64,000 bases of DNA from an uncultured virus (IMG/VR IMGVR_UViG_3300035698_015449) (Duplodnaviria > Heunggongvirae > Uroviricota > Caudoviricetes). The translations under genes were made by a program, and so were the position numbers. The notes beneath the pieces were generated by a model. It did not search any database and was not told the origin of the DNA. It saw only the letters and a program-made list of their open reading frames with translations. Shown here one piece after another: positions 1 through 8,864 of the stretch. Position 1 is the stretch's first letter. Every line of letters starts with the position of its first letter. The DNA lies in IMG/VR virus record IMGVR_UViG_3300035698_015449. One strand, 5' to 3'.

Positions 1-267
1 GAATGCTTTGAATGCTAAATCCACTCTTTCAGAAACATTTTGTACAACTTGAGAATGCACATTTCCTAACGATTCTCTTTCTGTTTTCCATTCTTTTATG
101 AGATTGTTTGTAGCATATTTGTTAATGGTTTTCTTTTCTTTTTCGTATGCTGTGATTCTTGTTTCAAGGACTTTATTGTATACAAATCTACATTCCTCAA
201 GTGTCGCAAGTAGTTCTCTTTTTTGCTTTTTTGTAGGATATAATCTAAATTTGTAGTTCTTTTTCAC
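1..267 (-). CDS. tnpB: IS200/IS605 TnpB (OrfB) RNA-guided nuclease, N-terminal part; runs off the window
   Basis: Manual translation from GTG at 267: MKKNYKFRLYPTKKQKRELLATLEECRFVYNKVL...NVHSQVVQNVSERVDLAFKAF, the typical TnpB N-terminus; divergent from tnpA. Confidence 0.9.
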   Translation of the reverse strand, partial: MKKNYKFRLYPTKKQKRELLATLEECRFVYNKVLETRITAYEKEKKTINKYATNNLIKEWKTERESLGNVHSQVVQNVSERVDLAFKAF

Positions 268-341
268 TGTAAATCTTGTATAATATATTTATGCTTTCTA
301 TTCTATTATACAAGAAAAGCATAAGATTCTCCTGCAAGAAA

Positions 342-749
342 ATGAAAAAAGTTTCGTACAACAAAAATAGTCATAGCAAGTATCTCTTAAGGTATCATTT
401 TGTGATGTGTACCAAGTATCGTCATGGTATTCTTAATGGAAAGATAGCAAAGGATGTTAAGCAAATCATTGAAGATATTTCTAAGGAAGAAAAGTACGAG
501 ATAGAAATCATGGAAACAGATGCTAATCATATTCACTTATTAGTATCCGCCAAACCAAATATTTCTCCATTTCAAATAGTTCACAAAATTAAAACTATTA
601 GCACAAATAGAATGTGGAAGAAGCATGAGAATATTTTGAACAAATATTATTGGAAAGAAAGAACATTTTGGAGTGATGGTTATTTCGTATGTAGTATAGG
701 AGAAGCAAATGCAGAAACAATTAGAAAATATATTGAAGAACAGGGATAA
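342..749 (+). CDS. tnpA: IS200/IS605 Y1 (HUH) transposase
   Basis: YHFVMCTKYR, HIHLL (HUH), FWSDGYFVCSIG, YIEEQ motifs; start moved to ATG 342. Confidence 0.95.
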   Translation: MKKVSYNKNSHSKYLLRYHFVMCTKYRHGILNGKIAKDVKQIIEDISKEEKYEIEIMETDANHIHLLVSAKPNISPFQIVHKIKTISTNRMWKKHENILNKYYWKERTFWSDGYFVCSIGEANAETIRKYIEEQG

Positions 750-828
750 GTTGTTCGCTTACATCCCCGAACCTAAAGGTCAAGCAAAACTCGCTAAAGC
801 TCGTTTTGTCGGGGTTTTACGCTCCCAT

Positions 829-987
829 AATAAAATCAAAGACCCTAATGGAATTATATATATCGTAATAGGTTTAAAGGATTTTTGTTTCCAACACAAT
901 TTAACAAGAAGCAAAATGGCATCTGTTGCGACTGGGAAAACAAACCACCATAAACAATGGAAATGTGAATATTATTCTACCCCATAA
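829..987 (+). pseudogene. C-terminal remnant of a homing-endonuclease-like gene (NUMOD1-like DNA-binding tail) cut off by the IS
   Basis: KIKDPNGIIYIVIGLKDFCFQHNLTRSKMASVATGKTNHHKQWKC resembles HEG C-terminal modules; no own start; abuts IS end. Confidence 0.55.
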
Positions 988-2198
988 GCATCTTTGACTT
1001 TCTTAACCATCTCGGCATCACCCATTGTCTTGCCAGAATTATCACTAAGTTTCACAAGAGGAGTCCCATTAAGATCTAATAACTTAATAACAATATTTAA
1101 AGCATCATGTCCAGTGTCATTTGTCAAATTAGTTCCAATTCCAAAACTAACCCCAATGAGTCCTGTAAATTCTTTATAAATTCTTATTGTTGTGGGAATA
1201 TCAAGACCATCCGAAAATATAATTAACTTAGTTCTTGGATCAATCCCAAGTCTCTTGTAATGAGCTATCATCTTATAACCAAACACAATAGGATCTCCAG
1301 AATCATGTCTAACACCTTGAAACTCGTTAGCAAGAACATATCCAAAATCTCTTAGGAAAGCATCTGCAGTAAAAGTATCTGTCAAAGCCGTTCCTAATTG
1401 GTTATCATATTCCTGAAGCCAAACATGCAATGCTCTCTTTTGAGCGTTTTCAATATTGTCCACAAGAGCCAAATGAGACATTTGCCACTCATGCGCTTGC
1501 GTCCCCATTGGTTTAATTCCCAAATCCATTGCAATACGAACGTTTGAAGTTCCAATCATTTGAGGACACTCTTCGTTAAGTCTTTGCGTAACGTATTTTT
1601 GCCATTTTCCAGAGAATCTACGTCTTGTCCCGAACTCCGCAAAAGTTAAACGTGGAAAATCTGACAAAGATCCAATTTTGATAGTTAATCGATCTTCACC
1701 GTCTGCCAAACAACCACCTCCAATCAACAATTTATCATAATCTCCGTTTTCAAACTTAGATACATATTGATCATCATTAGTAACGTAACGAAAGTATAGT
1801 TCATTAACAACTGAAAGAACCTTGACTTCAAAGAGGATTGTATCAAGCCACTTCCCTCGGATTTGAATTGTCAAGTCACCATCATCCGTACTTTGTACTT
1901 CGCAATTGCTCGCATCGTATCTAAACTGGTATAAATATTCTAAATAATCAGCCTTAAAAAATCCAAGCCCTCCAAGATATAACAATTCTTCATCGGTAAG
2001 AGATAGCTTTTCAAAACTTTTTATTTGTGAAATTATTTGTTCTTTTAAAAACCCAAGCTTAATACCTTTATTTCGACATTTGAACTCATATCTGCCAATG
2101 GCACTTGGATACTGATGAAATACACCTTGCATCATGCTTAGTTTGTATAAATCGTCATCTAGCATAGACTTGATAATCGGTTCTGTGATAATATTCAT
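972..2198 (-). CDS. pncB: Nicotinate phosphoribosyltransferase
   Basis: DDDLYKLSMMQ, AEFGTRRRFS, GTQAHEW, RHDSGDP, FGIGTNLTND, VKLSD motifs. Confidence 0.93.
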   Translation of the reverse strand: MNIITEPIIKSMLDDDLYKLSMMQGVFHQYPSAIGRYEFKCRNKGIKLGFLKEQIISQIKSFEKLSLTDEELLYLGGLGFFKADYLEYLYQFRYDASNCEVQSTDDGDLTIQIRGKWLDTILFEVKVLSVVNELYFRYVTNDDQYVSKFENGDYDKLLIGGGCLADGEDRLTIKIGSLSDFPRLTFAEFGTRRRFSGKWQKYVTQRLNEECPQMIGTSNVRIAMDLGIKPMGTQAHEWQMSHLALVDNIENAQKRALHVWLQEYDNQLGTALTDTFTADAFLRDFGYVLANEFQGVRHDSGDPIVFGYKMIAHYKRLGIDPRTKLIIFSDGLDIPTTIRIYKEFTGLIGVSFGIGTNLTNDTGHDALNIVIKLLDLNGTPLVKLSDNSGKTMGDAEMVKKVKDAYGVE

Positions 2199-2539
2199 TT
2201 TCTAGCCTTTCGTAATTTCTTTGCCATAGCCACAATCTTTTGTACCGATGGAGATTCGCCCCAAGGGTAATATTGGCTTCCTATATACCCGTATTGCGTA
2301 TGGTCTAAACAGTACCATAACTGCTCAGGATTGTCAAGGCATAGTTCGGCCTCTTTATCATTTGAACAAATACTGCCATACAGCTTAGCTTCGTAGACAG
2401 ACATATCGCAGGCGTCAGCAAACTTCTTCCAAGAAGTAGTTGCCATTACAGCCCGTACCGAACCGTCTCCGTTAGCACGTAATCGAGCAGAACTTCTGTT
2501 CCACGCTCTACTACCATAGATCTTTAATTTACGAGCCAC
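2195..2539 (-). CDS. Hypothetical protein
   Basis: Clean ORF overlapping neighbours in the operon. Confidence 0.6.
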   Translation of the reverse strand: MARKLKIYGSRAWNRSSARLRANGDGSVRAVMATTSWKKFADACDMSVYEAKLYGSICSNDKEAELCLDNPEQLWYCLDHTQYGYIGSQYYPWGESPSVQKIVAMAKKLRKARK

Positions 2540-2760
2540 AGACTCCCCCTTTCAATATGCTCTTCATATGGAACCACAGAAACAACATGAGTTCCATCCC
2601 TCTCAAAAACTTTTGCCTGTATGTCGGCATAGTATCGGCTTTGAGCTTGGACAGTTACCTCATGAGAACCACCATCTATATCAACCAAGTACGCAACATA
2701 CGTTTTGGTCTTTGGCTCTCTCTTGAAGACCCCTTTAAAAACGCTTATCAATCTTTTCAT
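2524..2760 (-). CDS. Hypothetical protein
   Basis: ORF just downstream of a TTGACT-N17-TATCAT promoter; start moved to 2760. Confidence 0.55.
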   Translation of the reverse strand: MKRLISVFKGVFKREPKTKTYVAYLVDIDGGSHEVTVQAQSRYYADIQAKVFERDGTHVVSVVPYEEHIERGSLWLVN

Positions 2761-2791
2761 GCCAACATGATACGACATTCGTACATGAAAG

Positions 2792-4774
2792 TCAAGAGTT
2801 TTTTCGGGATTTTTTAAAGTCCTCATAGGTCTTATTGTAATGCCAATAGATTGTGTCTTCTGAAGACAATGGCTGAATTACAACAACATTATTTTTTGCA
2901 CATATCTCTATGAATTGAGGCGGCTCAATCTTGTCAGTAACCAACAGCGTATCAACCGTTGCTTCCAAAAGGTTAATGTGCTTTGTCAACAGTTCTTCAG
3001 ATTCTTTTTTGCACTCCTGAAGTAAAGCGTCAATCATGGCATTTGATCCGTCCTGATCGTTGTTAGCTGTATCAAGTTCTTGTCTAGCGATTATCGAAGC
3101 GTATGCACCCATTCCCCATTTTCGGATCATTCTAGCAGCCTTCTCAGTTGCCTTGGCTAAATCGCTACCGCTACCACTTGTTACATTGTTGCTCCCAAAT
3201 ATCACCTTCTCCGCTGCCTGTCCCGCAAGCATTACAATAAGACGCCTACGAGACATATCTTTAGACTGACAAGCCTGAATCGTGTAAATGAAACCTTCTG
3301 TATCATTGGACGCAGGAGTTGCAACTATCTGAGATGGAGAAATACCAAACAATGCCGCAAACGAAACTGCGTGTCCCGCCTCATGAACGGCTGTCAACGT
3401 CCTACGGTCTGGATTAGTGCGCCTTTCATCCTTCAGTTTGTCAATTGAACCCACGTAATTCCGCTTGGCATAAGAATGATTGTAATATCCTCGAATAGAT
3501 CCATTAGAGTAATCAATCCTCAATTCATCCGATCCTTTAAGAATTGCTTTCAAAAGGAAATCAGGAAGCGAGTTTTCCAATACGTCAGATATAGTGGAGA
3601 ACAATGGTCTCGTCCCTTGAGTAGGAAATACACCGTTGTTATAAATCAAAGTCTTTACATTTTGTTCAACAGTTAGTTTCACTCCTGTTTGGTCAAAGAC
3701 CCTTTCCTTAACTCCCTCAACCTTCCTGTCAATGAGAGTAGCAAAAGAATTCTTACTCAAAGATGGATAGATAACGTGCGTGTTACCCATCCTAGAAATC
3801 TGTTCGGGTTTAAAACGTTTGGTTAACGCACCCTTAATGTCGAGGATACTAATCTTCTTAGACATCTCATGAAGAATGTCGGCGTCAGCATCCACTTCCT
3901 TTACGTCCTTGGTGAATCCGTAAGCTTCGTCCAAATTCCCTGAGATGAAGATTAGACATTTTGTGTAGTCCTCTTCTTCAAAGATGCTCTTGTCTGTCAA
4001 ACGCTGCATGATGATCTGCTTACGTTTGCTGTCAGACCAAAGTGCAATCTCTTCAATAGGTTCATCTAACCTAAGAAGTGATTTGAAATAGTTTAGCTGA
4101 GAGAAGCTCGTCTTGAAGTTGGAACCGCTATCTTCGTCGTCGTCGTCTTCATCACCCTCATCCGCATCAACAGGAGGCCCAATAGGAGGCGCATCGGATA
4201 TTGCCTTATGTGCTATTCCGTTCCCTTGATCAGCACTAGGAAGCTCTCTATTCTGAATATCCCACAACATGCTCATCAGATTTTCGACTTCTACCTGATA
4301 AGGAAGTTTTCCATCACTAAGCAACGTCCAAACATCCTTAAACTTACAGTCGTGAATATCATGACCCTCTTCGTCTATAGTTCTGAAACCTTGAATCTCG
4401 TCCATGAGAATCACAGCAGGAGAGCCTGAAGAGACATTGGAGTTACTAAGAATAGAGCCGATGCTGTTGCTCCATGGATGGGAAGCGCAACCTTTGTTTG
4501 ACAAAGTGACTTCGCAGAATAGATCTTGAACGTGAAGATGTTTGATAAGCCTTCTAACTAGATCAGTCTTACCGACTCCTGTTGGCCCAAAAAGACAAAC
4601 AATTGAAGGACGGGTTAATAGTTCTGGCATTAGATACCAAGTCTCTATTGATTTAATTATTTGATCAATTATGTCGTCTATACCTACAAAATGTGCTTTC
4701 AATTCCTTTTTTGCTTTATTGAGGACTCGTTTCCTTTTATTTACCCTTTTGATTAACTCACAATTGTCTAACAT
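2792..4774 (-). CDS. Soluble AAA+ ATPase fused to an M41 (FtsH-type) zinc peptidase
   Basis: Walker A GPTGVGKT, Walker B ILMDE, GTRPL sensor-2; TAVHEAGHAV...LAGQAAE...GSGSDL peptidase motifs; no TM segments. Confidence 0.85.
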   Translation of the reverse strand: MLDNCELIKRVNKRKRVLNKAKKELKAHFVGIDDIIDQIIKSIETWYLMPELLTRPSIVCLFGPTGVGKTDLVRRLIKHLHVQDLFCEVTLSNKGCASHPWSNSIGSILSNSNVSSGSPAVILMDEIQGFRTIDEEGHDIHDCKFKDVWTLLSDGKLPYQVEVENLMSMLWDIQNRELPSADQGNGIAHKAISDAPPIGPPVDADEGDEDDDDEDSGSNFKTSFSQLNYFKSLLRLDEPIEEIALWSDSKRKQIIMQRLTDKSIFEEEDYTKCLIFISGNLDEAYGFTKDVKEVDADADILHEMSKKISILDIKGALTKRFKPEQISRMGNTHVIYPSLSKNSFATLIDRKVEGVKERVFDQTGVKLTVEQNVKTLIYNNGVFPTQGTRPLFSTISDVLENSLPDFLLKAILKGSDELRIDYSNGSIRGYYNHSYAKRNYVGSIDKLKDERRTNPDRRTLTAVHEAGHAVSFAALFGISPSQIVATPASNDTEGFIYTIQACQSKDMSRRRLIVMLAGQAAEKVIFGSNNVTSGSGSDLAKATEKAARMIRKWGMGAYASIIARQELDTANNDQDGSNAMIDALLQECKKESEELLTKHINLLEATVDTLLVTDKIEPPQFIEICAKNNVVVIQPLSSEDTIYWHYNKTYEDFKKSRKNS

Positions 4775-5483
4775 AATACCTGTTTCCCTTTTTATGCTTA
4801 TTAAGTTCGCTCAATGCTCTGCTCACTTTGGAAGTTCCACATCCTAAGCGCCTTGCTATTTGACTCCCGTACATCCCATTTTTAAATAGCTCAATAATTT
4901 CTTCGTTTGAAACGAATACATGTGATTTTGATTTTTCTAGTTTTTCATATATTAACGGTTTCAATCTATTAAAGGTGTCTAATGCTGCATGCTCTACCGC
5001 ATGGCAATTACCACATAAAACTATACATTTATCAATTTCTTCTATAATCTCTGGCAAAGGACGAGTAAAGTTGTTTCCCGTTCTGCAAACTTCACTAAGC
5101 AAAAATCGCTTATCTCGTTCATGATGGAAATCATATATGCAATGACTTTTATCTTTTATCCCACACTTTTGGCAACAGTCAGAACCCTTCAACTTTAATA
5201 ATTGATCTTTTAAATTGTTAGTGTCTTTTGAGTAATGTCTTTTGAGATGACAGTTCCTACATAAAACTACACATTTTTTAATTTCTAGTTCAATTCTTTC
5301 CCATTTCGCATCACTAGAAAACAACTTGTATAAATTATTTTCTTTGTCTTCTTTGTGGTGAAAGGTTAAAACAACGACATTTTTTTCTCCGCAGTCCTCG
5401 CATTTACCCCCTAACTGCTCTACTGCTCTAATTTTTTTGGCCCATCTCCTACAAAAAGCATCATCTAATTTATTAAAACTCAT
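4758..5483 (-). CDS. Tandem HNH homing endonuclease with C-terminal HTH
   Basis: Two CxxC...FHH...KCxVLCxNCH units. Confidence 0.85.
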   Translation of the reverse strand: MSFNKLDDAFCRRWAKKIRAVEQLGGKCEDCGEKNVVVLTFHHKEDKENNLYKLFSSDAKWERIELEIKKCVVLCRNCHLKRHYSKDTNNLKDQLLKLKGSDCCQKCGIKDKSHCIYDFHHERDKRFLLSEVCRTGNNFTRPLPEIIEEIDKCIVLCGNCHAVEHAALDTFNRLKPLIYEKLEKSKSHVFVSNEEIIELFKNGMYGSQIARRLGCGTSKVSRALSELNKHKKGNRYYVRQL

Positions 5484-5540
5484 TTCCCCACTCCTTTTCT
5501 TATCTTATTCATAAGGAGTGGGGAAAACCCTCTAATTAAA

Positions 5541-5678
5541 TTACGACTTAAGGAATTCCCTTTTTCGTCTACGCATGTTGTTGATATAATCTCTTTTTTG
5601 TTTCAAATCACTTAGACGGAAACTATAACCTATCCATAGCTTCCGCCATACCTTCCTAAATAGCCTTTTTATATTCAC
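5541..5678 (-). CDS. Small basic hypothetical protein (45 aa; not in ORF track)
   Basis: GTG start with GGAG SD right after the ligA stop; MNIKRLFRKVWRKLWIGY... Confidence 0.45.
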   Translation of the reverse strand: MNIKRLFRKVWRKLWIGYSFRLSDLKQKRDYINNMRRRKREFLKS

Positions 5679-5685
5679 TACTCTC

Positions 5686-7707
5686 CTACAACAGTTTCAA
5701 AAAGTCCTCTTGCGAGATAACGTCAACTCCTAATGCCTGAGCCTTGTCATACTTACCCTTCATTGTCTCGCCGTCCCATACAAGTGCTGTCAGCTTCTTA
5801 GAAACAGATGATAGCTTACCACTATTGTCCGTCACCATCCCTTCCATCTCTTTGCGAGTAGGACTGTCAAATGATCCTGTGAAGCAGAATGTCTTACCAG
5901 AAAGCTTATCGCTAGCTAACTGTGGAGTCGTTGCGTCAACATAATCGAGCAACTGTTTAATCTCGGGAAGCTGTTCATTCCATCCGTCAAAGAATCCCTG
6001 TGCTTTCTTACCTGCAAACCCTGATATCTTTTCAATGTCCTTCGCTGTAAGATCAGAGATCTCGTCAACGCTTGGGGCAATGGCTACAATGTCAGCCGCA
6101 GTACGTCCAACCCTACCGATACCAAGAGCTTCGATGAACTTGGGCAATGGTACTTCCTTTACATCACCAAGAGCCTTCAAAATATTCTTGTAAGACTTCT
6201 CACCAATGACTTCCTTGATCTTTGCGTATTTCCTGAAGGGGTGTTCTGTCTTACGGTCATTGTCAAGCATGTAATACATTTCAGGAAGCGTCTCAATGAT
6301 AGCCCGACCATCCCATGAAAGGAAGTCAGGATCAGTCAGTTTGGCTATTGTCCCGCCTCCGATGCCTTTGATTCCGATCTTCTTGCACCAGTGGTCAATC
6401 TTCTTAATCAACTGAGCAATACAATTTATGTTCTCGCAAACGAGTTCGACTTTCTTACCCTTGTCATTTTTCGTCCAAACAACAGGCTCACCGCAAGATG
6501 GACAAACGTCAGGGATTTCAATGTCCTGCGTTCCATTCTGCTTAACCTTAATAATCTGAGGAATAATGTCGCCTTTCTTAGCGATAATAACCTTGGCCCC
6601 AATTTTGATTGCATCTTTAACGATCAATGCACCATAGTTATGAAGCGATGCCTTTGTAATCATTGCCCCACCAAGCTCAACAGGCTTAAGTATCGCAACA
6701 GGAGTCAATGTTCCTGTTCGACCAGTGGCTTTGATAACATCAACTACAATGGTCTCTTTCTCTTCGGGAGGGAATTTAACGGCTCGGTTTGATTTAGGCT
6801 TACGTCCGCCTGCCGTTGATCCCATGGACTGAGCATCATTAATGTCATTGAGTTTGACAACTACACCATCAATGTCATAAGGAAGATTGTCTCGGTCAAT
6901 TCCGTCCATGTAACGACCCACAGCCTTAATGATCTGATCGAAAGTTAAAGTCTTTTTGGTACGACGAGTGGAATCCATAAGCGTTTGGAATCCCATGCGG
7001 ACAAGGAATTGATTCTTTTCAACTTCTGTGTCAAAATCCTTTTGAAGAACTTCGTATCCGATGAATTCTAGATCACGCTCTTTCGTTACTAAGGGGTCAA
7101 GCTGATTCAAAGATCCAGCCGCAAAATTCCTTGGGTTTTTATATCCGTCAGGTAAAACGGAGTTATGCCATTTTTTGTAGAAAAGCTGACGGTCAACGTA
7201 ACATTCTCCACGAATTTCAACTCGTCCTTTTTCAGGAATAGCGTTAAGAACGCCTTTTATGTACATTGCGTTTTTGGTAACGTCAATGCCTGTCACTCCG
7301 TCTCGCCCTCTTGTCGTTGCTCTGAAGAGTTTCCCACCAACATAAATAAGGCTAAGAGAAAGACCATCAATCTTATGCTGCAATACGAATGAACAAGCCG
7401 TTTTGTATGTAGCAATAAGCCATTTTGCGAATGAAGGAAGGTCTAAAGATTTGCTTAGACTCCCCATAATGATATCATGCTTGACTCTTGCCCCATATAC
7501 ATGCTCATCTGACATGCCACCGACTTCATCAAAAAACGGATTATTCGGCTCAATGCCCTCAAGCTCGTAATATTCCCTATCGTACTCGGCGTCCCCAATT
7601 GGTGAGGTTCCGTTTGTTTCATACAAATCAGCGCAATGACGCATAAATGCAAATCGATCTTTGATTGGCAGTGACTTGTCTACTTTTTTCATCTTCGTTA
7701 CGTCCAT
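5686..7707 (-). CDS. ligA: NAD-dependent DNA ligase
   Basis: KIDGLS adenylation motif, EIRGE, NPRNFAAGSL, DGVVVK, Zn finger, C-terminal BRCT (FCFTGS). Confidence 0.96.
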   Translation of the reverse strand: MDVTKMKKVDKSLPIKDRFAFMRHCADLYETNGTSPIGDAEYDREYYELEGIEPNNPFFDEVGGMSDEHVYGARVKHDIIMGSLSKSLDLPSFAKWLIATYKTACSFVLQHKIDGLSLSLIYVGGKLFRATTRGRDGVTGIDVTKNAMYIKGVLNAIPEKGRVEIRGECYVDRQLFYKKWHNSVLPDGYKNPRNFAAGSLNQLDPLVTKERDLEFIGYEVLQKDFDTEVEKNQFLVRMGFQTLMDSTRRTKKTLTFDQIIKAVGRYMDGIDRDNLPYDIDGVVVKLNDINDAQSMGSTAGGRKPKSNRAVKFPPEEKETIVVDVIKATGRTGTLTPVAILKPVELGGAMITKASLHNYGALIVKDAIKIGAKVIIAKKGDIIPQIIKVKQNGTQDIEIPDVCPSCGEPVVWTKNDKGKKVELVCENINCIAQLIKKIDHWCKKIGIKGIGGGTIAKLTDPDFLSWDGRAIIETLPEMYYMLDNDRKTEHPFRKYAKIKEVIGEKSYKNILKALGDVKEVPLPKFIEALGIGRVGRTAADIVAIAPSVDEISDLTAKDIEKISGFAGKKAQGFFDGWNEQLPEIKQLLDYVDATTPQLASDKLSGKTFCFTGSFDSPTRKEMEGMVTDNSGKLSSVSKKLTALVWDGETMKGKYDKAQALGVDVISQEDFLKLL

Positions 7708-7757
7708 AGTATTCTCCTATCGTTATTAAATCAATGTATAGAGATATTATACAGATC

Positions 7758-7785
7758 CCCCTATTGTTTCAACAAGAGTATCATA
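7758..7785. repeat. 28-bp direct repeat, copy 1 (promoter/RBS module)
   Basis: CCCCTATTGTTTCAACAAGAGTATCATA identical at 7758-7785 and 8308-8335. Confidence 0.9.
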
Positions 7786-7808
7786 GTATGGATGAAATGT
7801 CAACCTTT

Positions 7809-8306
7809 TTAGGTCAATTTATCCAATTCTGCTTTCATGAATTTCAACGATGTTCTGCCCTTTGCATCCAATAGATCTTTAGCTTTTTTAGAATCGTATG
7901 TTGATTTTTCAGTTAGACTAATCATATAAAATGTGGCAGGAGTGGGATTCCACCCTCCGTTGTTTGAATATCCTCCAGATGGATATGATGTCCAACAAGC
8001 CTTGTTATTCCAACAATGTATACGATAAGTGTACGATTCCTCCGTCCCTCTCCAATAGGCTTTTACGATTTCAAGAATGTGAGGGGGAACGTCATCAGGC
8101 CATCTCGGTTTTGGTTGAGGTTTCTTTGATTTAAGTTCTTTTATCTCTTCATTCAATTCTATGATCTTTGGGGCAACTTTTTCCCTAGCTTTTTTCAATG
8201 CTGCTCTAACGTCTTCGTCATTTCGAACACTCATTTTTAGGCATTCGATTTCAGCTTTCAGATCTGTTATGGGTTTTGGCATAATCTCCTTTGGTAAGGC
8301 ATACAT
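7809..8306 (-). CDS. Hypothetical protein flanked by the 28-bp direct repeats
   Basis: ORF with SD located in repeat copy 2. Confidence 0.65.
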   Translation of the reverse strand: MYALPKEIMPKPITDLKAEIECLKMSVRNDEDVRAALKKAREKVAPKIIELNEEIKELKSKKPQPKPRWPDDVPPHILEIVKAYWRGTEESYTYRIHCWNNKACWTSYPSGGYSNNGGWNPTPATFYMISLTEKSTYDSKKAKDLLDAKGRTSLKFMKAELDKLT

Positions 8307-8307
8307 A

Positions 8308-8335
8308 CCCCTATTGTTTCAACAAGAGTATCATA
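8308..8335. repeat. 28-bp direct repeat, copy 2
   Basis: Identical to 7758-7785. Confidence 0.9.
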
Positions 8336-8366
8336 CCCATGGAATAAATGCAAATAGAAAGTTAGC

Positions 8367-8759
8367 TTATGACAGGCAAATCTTCAACGAGTCTTGGACG
8401 AAATTGACGCAATCTTCTTCAGTTACTTCGTCAGCATCCACTCCTAGTTTCTTTGCAATTCGATGTCGGGTCTCATCACTCATCGTAAACGTCATACTTC
8501 CGTTACCATCATCTAGCGGTGAATAACATCCTGTAAACTCAGGATTCCATGGTTCAGTTTCAGATATTTCGAATGGTGTCTGAGATACTATCCCGCATGA
8601 TAAGTCCGACCTCTCGAATTTTTGTTTTGCTTTATCTTCCGCTTCTCTTAAACTGTGAGCCATATTAACTAGACCTACAGTTGTGACAGATTGGAAGTAG
8701 CTAATATAATTCTGCAAATTCCCTTCTTTTAGTTTTGTTCTCGTTCTCGTAACCGGCAT
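8367..8759 (-). CDS. Hypothetical protein
   Basis: ORF with AGGAG SD. Confidence 0.65.
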   Translation of the reverse strand: MPVTRTRTKLKEGNLQNYISYFQSVTTVGLVNMAHSLREAEDKAKQKFERSDLSCGIVSQTPFEISETEPWNPEFTGCYSPLDDGNGSMTFTMSDETRHRIAKKLGVDADEVTEEDCVNFVQDSLKICLS

Positions 8760-8864
8760 TGTATTCTCCTGTTTTCAAATGTGCATTTCAATTTTGTAGA
8801 CCAATTGAGTTGCTACTTCCTGTTACGTATATTGTATCAGAAAATCTTGGAAAATCAAGATCTA

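Larger units (their letters stand above)
1..830. mobile_element. IS200/IS605 element (divergent tnpB/tnpA) with subterminal hairpin at about 757-825
   Basis: tnpA plus tnpB; CATCCCCGAACCTAAAGGT...CGGGGTTTTACG imperfect palindrome after tnpA; exact end uncertain. Confidence 0.8.

Noticed and set aside
709..828. N-terminal half of the 92-aa ORF 709-987
   Set aside because: Reads through the tnpA end and the IS hairpin; only the part after about 829 looks like protein
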